From Klebsormidium nitens (Eukaryota; Plantae; Klebsormidiophyceae), in NCBI GenBank assembly GCA_000708835.1, contig DF237005.1, forward strand, positions 202,228-266,227: 64,000 bases of DNA, given 5' to 3'. Shown piece after piece: positions 55,101-64,000 of the stretch. The notes beneath the pieces were generated by a model that worked only from the letters and a program-made list of their open reading frames with translations, had not been told where the DNA came from and made no database searches. Numbering within the stretch: position 1 is the first letter of the stretch; each line of letters starts with the position of its first letter. Made by a program: the position numbers and the translations under genes.

Positions 55101-56320
55101 CTCGCCGGGAGACAAGATTTCCGTGCTGAATCCGAATCTGTTCTCTCCGCTTTCCAGATAAACGACGCCAACAACATCCCGCAGAGAAGCACGGATCGAC
55201 GAAATCTCGCGCTGTTTTTCATTCTCCGTCTCTGCACTTGCCAGATTCATAATCTTCTTTTCTTTCGAAATCAACGACGCCCACAACAGCAACACGAGTT
55301 TCGCGGCGGGCTACCTGAAGGGGTTTCTGGAGCCGAAGCTGGCCGACCTCAACTTCTACGACGCGCGGACGCTCGTCGTCATCACCTTCGACGAGAACGA
55401 CTTCGTCGAGCCCACCAACAGGGTGAGCGCGCGCAATGTTCTTCGACGATAAAGTCGTAAGATACTTCGACCGGAATGTACCAATTTGAGGAGTCGCTTA
55501 AGTCGCACGCCTTTCGGACTCTGCCTTCTTTGGACTTCGAGGAGTCTCACGGTTTCGCTGTTGATGACGTCGCCTGTTCTGCTTTGCTTGCGCATCTTCC
55601 TTGGACTCGCTCACCGAGTAATCTGTCACACATCCAGATCAGCGGACACGGGAGTGCAAAACCGCGCTGTTCGAAATCGACCTTACGAGAATGTTCTTTC
55701 GAAATCGCTCTGCCAAACGCCTGTTTTGCTGTTGCAAAACTTCTGCCATGGCAAGCCGCGCGCGCTTTGACTCCATTCCTCGCGCCCGTCGATCTGTTCT
55801 GACATTTTCTCGTCCGACGAAGGCGCCCTCCAATCTAGGGCAATGAGCTGTTTAAAAGCTGCATCAACGGCCATAAACATATCGTAGGTTGATATATGGA
55901 CTCTATCTGCAGGTGTACACGGTTCCTTGAACGAAAAACCCCACGAAAGCCGGGTCAATCCACCGGGCAAAGACAAGTAAACCTAACCCACTCATTGACC
56001 CGCTCCGCACTCATACCAATCCTAACCCTTAGGCTCATCCCACCCGTCCCCCGGGCTTGACCTGATAGCTTATTTCAATAAAGAATCAAAACTATTGTCC
56101 ATTGCAGGTGTACACGGTTCTGCTGGGCAAGTTTCTGAACGCCGACGGGCAGGCGAGCAACGACAGCAGCTGCTACAACCACGCCGCAGAGCTCAAGACG
56201 GTTGAGGAGAACTGGGGGCTCGGAAACTTGGGGACTGCTGACGTGGCGGCTAAGTCGTTCTTTTCGGGCGTCAACCAGAACAACGCCTGGCCCACCGTTG
56301 TCTGTGCAAAGGCTTTGTGA
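52198..56320 (+). CDS. Secreted phosphoesterase-family (PF04185, fungal acid phosphatase-like) protein with an N-terminal Cys-rich module
   Basis: Exons 52198-52430 (GC donor), 53285-53465, 53812-53939, 54184-54246, 54614-54752 (or 54727), 55270 (or 55245)-55422 and 56108-56320. Signal peptide MVSLSTALCAILLLLGLGLLAVHA; motifs FDRIFTIIFENTDY, THPSLPNYL, SWKAYME, RKHDPF, INDAHN, VVITFDE, YNHAAELKTVEENWGLGNLG. Confidence 0.88.
54552..54605. repeat. 27-bp tandem repeat, two copies, in the branch/polypyrimidine region before a phosphoesterase exon
   Basis: cctgaccgttc(a/c)gtttccgccgttccg occurs twice immediately upstream of the acceptor at 54613. Confidence 0.8.
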
Positions 56321-57721
56321 AGATATTGTCTAAAGAGCTCAGTGAAAGAGCCGAATGAGTCAAAAGAGCGTGAAAATGCTTGCACCTTTTGAGGTCCCCG
56401 TAAGCTGAGCGATAGAGGGTTGAGTCACAGTCCAAGGTCAAATGCTGTCGTCGTCCGCGTTTACTCGTCAATCAGTCGTGATGATACTGAATTGTTTGTT
56501 TTTAGAGGCGTCACAAAGTGTTAACGTGTCCAAGTCGACGAAGCTCTTACGAAGCACACTATCAAAAGGGCCTGTTCTCTATGCTTGTAAGAGAATCGTA
56601 GAATCATCGCCAAGATCCCAAGACGCCCTTGGATGGATATATATCTAGGTCCAGATTTTCGCAAGAATCTGAGAGCAAGCACGTCAAACAAGTGACTGAG
56701 AGCATGAAGCTCGTTCAGACAGCAAACAAGTCCGTGCAGTGTTCGATTTTCGCCGTTACGTACACTATCCAAGACTTGCGCAGGACCGTTTCGTACTGAC
56801 GTAGCGTCCTGAGCCTGAAGAATGACTCGGGCTTCTGCCTAGACTGTTAATCCAAACCCCCGGCCCCTGGATGATTCTTCATGACAGCATAGTGTTCACT
56901 GCCTAAAGTGGCTCGATGAGCATAAAGTTGCTTCAGGTCGATCCTATATGCATGTGCGCTCGACTAGGTCATGCAGCAATTGAAAACCATCCAGTGCAAT
57001 CGGAAGGCATGCCCAGCCCACAAAATTGCCAAGGTTTTCCTGCCCCTCATGCATCTGGCGGGGTTGCGCTTGCCACAGAATATTCGTGTCAAGTGGCATG
57101 ATGTGGAATGCCTAGAGTTCTGCCAGCTGCAGTGGACTGATGCGGACGCAGAAGTTTTACATATCGTCAGGTACAAGATTGCAATCGAAACAAGATTTGG
57201 TGCAAGACTCGATCTGCGAGTGAATCCCTTTATCGAACGAGCTATGATTTGCAAGAGCAGAACCTTCAGAGAGTACGTTCTACAGATTCATAATTGTATT
57301 GTAACCATGGCATTCTTAATTAAGCAGTCAAGAACAGATTTTTATCAGCAAGGATATGCAGTCAGTTTGAGTCCGGCTAATCTTTGTACCTGGGCAGTCC
57401 TTCTACTCTACCTCAACCAATATTCTCAATCTAATCCTCAAGAGCTGGCATGGAACGAATCTTGTCTTTTGTGCAGTCAGTTATCCTACAATACAATCAA
57501 GCAATAAGGCAGTCCTAGCAGTTGCAGTAGCAGTCTCTTCCAACAGTCGTCAACAGTACGCACAGCCTAGCAAGCAATATCCAACTCAACGATCAAAATC
57601 GTGCTGATTATGCTACCCGGTTTTCGTGTCTCTTGTTCCGCACCCAGCTCACACCTTCCCCTCGAATTTCAAACGCCGGTCTGTTTCATGGGGGTAACTC
57701 AACCCCTGTTCGGGGCCCCCC

Positions 57722-59224
57722 TCACGACTTCGCCTGGAACGGCCCAACCTGGACCGTCAGGGACACCAAGACTGTCCCGTCGGTGCCCGTAATGGTTGCC
57801 GTGAGCGTGTCAGTCGAGCCCACAAACGGACTCCCGGGAATCGTCTGCTTGCACGAGCCAGCGCCTTGAGGGAACGTGGCGTCGCCAATGGTGCAGCCGG
57901 GTGTCGTGAAGGTGAACCCATCGCTGCCGTCGATCCGGATCTGGACGGACTGCCCGGGGGATCCCCCCAGGAGGAAGACTGTGGCGGAGTAGGCCTGTTG
58001 GGCTGTCGGGGTGGTGGGGTTGATTGCGACGTTGACGATCTCCAGGGCGGGGGGTGTAACTGCTGGAAGGAAAAGCGAGAGGGGATGAGTCAATCTGGAA
58101 GTTGTGATGGGAATGTGTCATGCAGACTTCCAGGCGGGCTCAAAAAGGTGTTCATGGAATGCGTTGTCAAAAGAAGGGCAGGAATGTGGTGAATCTAGGT
58201 TGGATCCAAAGCTCTTTCTTCAGCTCTGCAGTACGACAACTCCAACCTCTGTTTCAGCTCATGTGTGAAAGCTGGGCATCAGAAAAGATATCGACCCTAT
58301 GCAACTTCGAATGCGTGTTTGCAAAGTGGTCCTTTCCTGCTTCCGCCTTGCGAGATATCATCAACCAGCAACTTTCCTTGGAAACAGAGAAAATGCTGCT
58401 CCCGAAGGTAAGTTGCATGCATAGAATCTGAAGACCAGCAACCGATCTAACTAGAGATACTCAGCTTCAACAGAGAAGGATGCTTGTTTTCAGGGAGACT
58501 TCTCACCTGCAAACCCAGCATCGTACGGGTCTTGTTGCAGCAGGACCAACCCCCTCCGGCCAAGGTGCACTTCCGTTACGTCTTCTTCTAGCACCATGAC
58601 TTGATGTTGCTGCTGAGACTTAGCTGTAAGAGGGCCTTGGCTGTGGTCCAGGAACAGCTTTCTCCGGGCGTCGACTGCAGGCAAAAGGTCAAAAAGAGAT
58701 TGTTATGTACGTTATTGATATTCTGTGATGGGGCTCAAATGACTTGGTCAACAGAGAGCCAAGCAGAGGATTAGTGGGGGGAAGCTGAGTAAAGCAAGCT
58801 GTGAATGCAGTGACTTGAAGTGGGCTTGAACGCATCACTGAGACAAGTCGTTCTGGGGGCTGAAGTGTATGTACTAGTTCTCCCCAAGACAACAGAGTGG
58901 TTCAGCCATGAGTGGAGCTACTGCCAGACAAGATGCCTTGGTGCATGTGTTAAGAAGAGAATGCGACTGAGGGCGATGGATTCCCAACAAGATGGCTGGA
59001 CTTGATGTAGTTGCCATACTGAAGGATGTGGTCATTGCACGCAAGCTAAAGACGACCTCAGACTCCACAGGAAGGATGCAAATATCTATGGATGCAGCTC
59101 GAACTCATCGCTCAACCTGTATGGATTTCTTCACTAGGTGTAGCTCAGTGGTATGCTCACCTGATTTGGCTGATAAACAGATGATCACAGCTAAGCAGAC
59201 CGCCAGAAGCCCAGAGTGCGCCAT
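57722..59224 (-). CDS. Small secreted protein of unknown function, 134 aa, probably a beta-sandwich
   Basis: Exon 59224-59161 (MAHSGLLAVCLAVIICLSAKS, G|gtgagc donor) joins in phase 1 to exon 58062-57722 (ccttccag acceptor). The second exon has GC3-rich, codon-like composition and alternating beta-strand patterns. Confidence 0.7.
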
Positions 59225-60127
59225 CGTCCGGTTGCTGCACTCCCTTCTCCTAGACGGTGGTGCAGTCTGTATCGTCTTTAGTGAACTCAGCAGGTGGCGC
59301 TTTGCTGCAAGCTGTACTTGACTTTGGATTGGAAGGACCACTGTCTTCTACCTCTAGATACAATGAAAACCTTTCCCAACAAGAATTGCTCTAGACAAAA
59401 AAAGAATGAGCTGACTTTATGCGGCGGTGGTACCACAATTGTTCAACTATGCTCTAAGCCTGTCAGTAACTAGCTCGCGGGGTCTCGTCTCCTCTTCCGT
59501 GCGCGCCGATGGGGGTTGTTGTGGAAAGTGCTGCTAAAGGGCTGGTGGCTCTTGGTCGTAGTGAGGTTAGTGTGATGTTGGGTGTGTTGGCTCAGCGTGG
59601 GATCAAGTTGTGTTGCTGAATGCAGATGATCAGAGACAAAGTCCTGGTTTATGAAGGGCGGCGATCATGTCCTGAGCTGCAGTCTGCCAAAGAGCACAAG
59701 TCTAGGTAAGCGCTACCTACCTACTTGTCAAGGCTGTGTATCTGATATTGACGGCCTCGGCAGCCAGCTACATCGCTGCCAGCAAGGATGCCACGAGCAG
59801 GAAGGAAGACAGGGCACTGCGCGAAAGGGGAACGTGCAGGCTTCAACGTCACTCTAGCGTGTGCACGTTCAAATTGGTCAAACTAGCCGTTGGCCGCGAC
59901 GCCTGGTCAAACTTGCAAACGTGTCAGACTCGGCAGACGATCCGCGCGCTCCGTCGGTCTTCGAAACAGGGGTGTAAGACCAAGTCTCTACCGGCCCGTT
60001 GCTGCCGCCCCCCGGCATCTACTAGGTAGCAGGAATGCAGGCGGGCTCCGCGCGCGCTTGCAATTATAATTCCCTGAATACAAACATACAACGTATATAA
60101 AATATACAGCGCCTATCGTTTCATCCG

Positions 60128-60222
60128 GCCGGGGTAGCTCAGTTGGTAGAGCGCAAGGCTCTTAGTGGCCTCGTGTCCTAAAGCACACCTTGTGGTCGAG
60201 GGTTCGAGCCCCTCCTCCGGCG
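60128..60222 (+). tRNA. tRNA-Lys(CTT): tRNA-Lys(CUU) with a 22-nt intron (60165-60186)
   Basis: Acceptor stem GCCGGGG/CTCCGGC, D-arm GCTCAGTTGGTAGAGC, anticodon stem CAAGG/CCTTG with CTT at 60161-60163, intron after A37, T-arm GAGGG-TTCGAGC-CCCTC. An AT-rich TATA-like stretch lies near 60095-60105. Confidence 0.93.
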
Positions 60223-60232
60223 AAAATTGCCC

Positions 60233-60237
60233 TTTTT
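60233..60237 (+). terminator. RNA polymerase III terminator (T5) of the tRNA-Lys gene
   Basis: TTTTT begins 11 nt downstream of the tRNA 3' end. Confidence 0.7.
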
Positions 60238-60393
60238 GCACCACTGGACGAGGGGCGGATTTTATGCTTTTTGCGGCGGGTTGGATGCGCCGTGCATCCA
60301 AGCCCATGTTTCAACGTACTGTTTAATTTGGCGCGGCCTGAATGCAAGAACGTACCTATAACTGAGATACCTGCCTACTACAACAGTATACTT

Positions 60394-63300
60394 TAGGCCG
60401 TATTAAACAGTAAATATGTTGACTTTGTAATCATAGTTACCCAATACGTCAATTTCCGAATAATCATACGCGTATTCTGCCGTATTGGCCTCAAAATTAA
60501 TGATACGGCTGAAATACGCCGAAAATGCGTCAAAATTGGAAAAACGCTGTAAAATGCCTAAAACTGCCACGTGGCGCCCCGGTGGCGGCCGCGGCTGCTG
60601 CGAGCGCCTGGCAGCCGCGATCAGTTGCAGTAAGGTCAGGGTTTAGGCAAGTTTTTGAATGCCGTATCTGATCAAGTGCACAAAACTTTCCGCTTCCTAT
60701 TGGCTAGAAATGAATTGGAGCAAGCTGGCCATACAATGCTTCGCTTGCTGCATTCTCATTGGCTGCAGACTCCGATATTTTGACCTTCTCTTATCGTAGG
60801 GCTGAACGAAGCTACTGTCAAGCACAGCTGGATTGCATTGACGGCTGGAAGCCGCTCACTTTATTAAAAATTGGCGCCAAAGTTGAGGCACAATCATCAG
60901 CATCTGGCCAGGTGCAACGTGAGTGCACCTCAAAAGCGATATACCTGTACATGGATCAGTCTTCAGAGTCCAAGGTTTCAGCTCCGGTGCTCTCTGAGTC
61001 TTGACAAAGACAGGCTGTCTGCACAAGAGCTTCAGGTGCTTTCTCCATGGTATCATTTCAGCTCAACCTCTTTTCAGCTCCTCACTTCAACTTTTTACCA
61101 AATCCCTCTTCTCGGAAGTTCTTCCTCCTGCCACTGGTTTTTTTCGATTCTTTGAGCTACCAAGCTGCCACTATGGTCAATCAATCAAGGAAGGGCAACG
61201 AGTGGGCTCAGGTAGTCATCGTGAGCCAGCCTGAGAATGGCAAAGGAGACCCTCAAGTAGAGTGCTGCACTGCGATCATCAGTTCAGGGGTGGAGCCACT
61301 CGCATCAGGGCCCATCTGCTTGGCGTGAAGGGCTTGGGAGTGGAGGCCTGTGAGCATCCTCCATGCGATGTCGTGGCGCAGCTCCGGAAGGAGGACAAGA
61401 GGAGGGCAGCTGAGAAGGCGGCCAATGCCAAGAAGAGAAAGCTTGACGAGATTGGGAGGGAGCCCGCTGGGCCTGCTATGCAGCAGACCAACATTGTCCA
61501 GGCCTTCACAAAGCAGGACAATGAGCGGGTTCATTCTGCTGTGGCTCAGTTCTTCTATGCTAATGAGATTGCCTTCAATGTTGCAAGGAGTCCTTACTTC
61601 AAGAAGATAATCTCTGCTGTCAACACAGCTGCGGGCCGGTATCAGCCGCCATGTTTCAACACTCTGAGGGGCCGTCTGCTAGAGCAGGAAGTTGAGAGAG
61701 TGCAAGAGCGGTTGCGGCCCATTGTTGATTCAATCGAGGTGACCGGGTCCACGCTGACAAGTGACGGGTGGTCCAGTGCTCAGAACAGGCCTTTGCTAAA
61801 TTTTCTCCTGGTCACTCCCAAGGGGAATGTCTTCTTGAAGGCTGAGGACACCTCAGGCAAGGCCAAGACGGCAGCGTACATTGCGGATACTTGGCTGGAG
61901 TGTATGGAGGAGGTGAGCAAAAATGACCTACATCTCGTGCAGGCCGAGCTTTTGCTGGTTTGATTTTGATGCAGGTTCCAGTTCTCGACGGTCTCTGTTG
62001 AATGTAGATTGAACCTTGCAATGTCTGGAGTTTATCTTGCTTTCAAAGGTCTTGTCCTTTTGCTTATAACAGTGGACAGTGGTGGAATCCGTGACTATTT
62101 GAAGATCATATACAAGATGGCTTTGACATCATGATCTAGCTTTCATACCTCACATCGTAGGATTGCAGCTATTGTATAGTTTTAGTTTTTGTTCAAAAAC
62201 CTGAGTTTGCTTTGGCCGCTTCTCTTCACAGGCGGGGGCGGAGAGAGTTCAGCAGGTCGTCAGCGACAGCGCCGCCAACTGTAAGGCAGCCGGAGCAATC
62301 ATCGAGTCCCGCGTTCCCCACGTCACCTGGACTCCCTGCACTGGCCACTGCTTGGACCTTGCGCTGGAGGACATCGGCGACCTGGATTGGGCTAAAGACG
62401 TCGTGCGACAGGGCAAGGAGGTGGTGCACTTCATCACCAACCACCACAAGTCCCAGCATATCTACCGAGTCCATGCTGTGGCTGCTGTCGGCTCGCCGGG
62501 GCTGCAGCTCCTGAAGCCCGGGGAAACACGGTTTGGGACCAACTTCATCATGTTGGAAAGGATGTTGAAGGTGAGTACACAGGCTGCTCCTTAATTGTGC
62601 AGTGCTGAACAGTATGCATGATGATGTTATGTTGTCAAACTCCACGCCCACTCTACTACTCTTCTGACAAACCTCAGAGACTCTTCTGCTTTACTTAGCA
62701 CCATCGTCATTGACAAACAAATTCAGTTCTGCGCTTGCAAAGCCTCCTTGGTTCCCGTTGATTGTAAGAGTCTGATGGCTTCGTTCCTTAAGGATACAAT
62801 CAGCGGCATGGCTTCACTTGACTTGCATTGTCCATAAGTACCAGAGGTAATCGAAGCTGCATCATTCGATCTTTTCAAATCCAGAGTTGACTGCTGTGTT
62901 GTGTGTCTCTTTGCAGGTGCGGGACGCCCTCGAGGAAGTCGTCGTGGACCGGGACTGGAAGGCTTGGATGGACGGTGGCTCCGCTGCCTTGAGGAATGCT
63001 GGAGCTGAAATTCAAAGCACGGTGAGGACCAATTACAAACAGCCCATGTGTTGGACGCTAAACTGCTGCCCACAGTGCTCTTTCAATGCGCTTGTCCAAC
63101 TTCAAGAGCTGACGTTTGTCTCCCGTTGTCGTTACAGTATGGAGTCAAGCAAAGAATAACAATGTTCTGATATGCTCCGTATAGGCTTTGCCGTTCTGAG
63201 CTACGTTTTTGGCGCGAATCATTGACCTCTCTTTGATTTTGCAGGTCGTCTCCACTTCCTTCTGGAGGAAGGTCCAGGAGTTGGTGGACATCTGCTGGCG

Positions 63301-64000
63301 CATCGTGGCGCTCATGAAGCAGGTGGGTGTTGATTGCCACAATTTGCAATTCCCAGGACTTTTTCCTTTGAGGTTTTGAAAGTCGATCCACTGTTTGGAA
63401 CACCAATGTTTCACTTCGCTGAGGAAGTTCTGCCTCACCTACTTGTGTTTTTAAGGTGCTTGCAATTCAGCCATCTAATTGTCTGCCTCTGATGAGGTTA
63501 CGGGTGAGCGCTGACGTCATCGTAACGGAGAGTGTGGTTCGCAACGAATTGCCTTGTCATGGAACTCCATGAAAACGAGTCGCACCATTGAGCATTTACA
63601 GATTCTATTCCCATCATGTTTGAGTACGTTTGAGAGTCTGACCGATCACAATGCTGTCCGATCGAACCAAGGGAGCAAACCGTTGTTACTGAAGGTCACT
63701 TGTGAGAACGTCAGGCTGAGTCGCTTTCGCTTTCCTTGTTTAGGTGGACGCCGGGACGCCCATGGTGGGCAAGGTCTACTGGAGAATGCACGAGATACTC
63801 CTGAAGCTGGACGACATCGACGCACCGGCATCCCACTGCAACCGGGCAAAGCACATCGTGCGCGAGCGCTGGGACATGCTGCACTTGCGCATGCATGCGG
63901 CTGGCTTCGTCCTCGACCCCGAGTTCTAGACATACGACCAGCACGCAAACGAGGAGGTCATGGAGGGCTTCTGGGACGTTGTCAGCAGACTTGTAACGAA
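60394..64000 (+). mobile_element. hAT-superfamily DNA transposon: left end plus transposase; continues off the right edge
   Basis: The putative left terminus TAGGCCGTATT at 60394 is followed by repeated CGTAT/ATACG subterminal motifs (about 60399, 60444, 60466, 60480, 60503, 60514, 60662) and then a hAT transposase. The right TIR and TSD cannot be checked, so the left boundary is approximate. Confidence 0.82.
61173..63992 (+). pseudogene. Disrupted hAT transposase (BED finger, DUF659, DDE catalytic core)
   Basis: Exons 61173-61912, 62232-62570, 62917-63021, 63245-63322 and 63744-~63992. BED finger W..V..C.HC..F.GGATRIRAHL..C; LTSDGWS; VVSDSAANC; CTGHCLDL; TRFGTNF; HAAGFVLDPEF. There is a 1-nt frameshift near 61265 and an in-frame TAG at 63927-63929. 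Confidence 0.88.

Noticed and set aside
56971-57507. 178-aa ORF between the phosphoesterase and the small secreted gene
   Set aside because: Lacks the GC3 bias of the real exons here and has no motif; one ORF of this size is expected by chance in 64 kb.
58860-59090. DGWT-containing stretch in the intron of the small secreted gene, reminiscent of hAT DUF659
   Set aside because: Too short and too interrupted, with no visible nucleotide similarity to the hAT copy at 61173.
60128-60222. Functional link between the tRNA-Lys gene and the m3C tRNA methyltransferase in the same window
   Set aside because: Known METTL2/6/8 substrates are mainly Ser, Thr and Arg tRNAs, and the genes are 43 kb apart.

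Overview
Eukaryotic, intron-rich nuclear DNA at roughly 50% GC. Plant-type genes together with a flagellar IFT gene suggest a streptophyte green alga such as Klebsormidium (inference). I built gene models by hand from splice signals and reading-frame phase. In order: NRAMP transporter (partial, -), PPPDE/DeSI peptidase (+), S-adenosylhomocysteine hydrolase (-) head-to-head with a two-domain SAM methyltransferase (+), a coiled-coil/tandem CCCH zinc-finger protein (-), a GT23/FUT8-like fucosyltransferase (-), IFT57 (-) head-to-head with a calcyphosin-like EF-hand protein (+), a Mini-RNase III fused to a DCL/DUF3223 domain (+), a secreted Cys-rich phosphoesterase (+), a small secreted orphan (-), an intron-containing tRNA-Lys(CUU), and the left part of a decayed hAT transposon. 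The strongest novelty candidate is the Mini-III/DCL fusion: in land plants these are separate plastid rRNA-processing factors, and here a stop codon overlapping a splice donor could switch the fusion on or off. Recurrent oddities are intronic copies ('echoes') of neighbouring exon junctions and four GC-AG introns. No database searches were run; family calls rest on recalled motifs.
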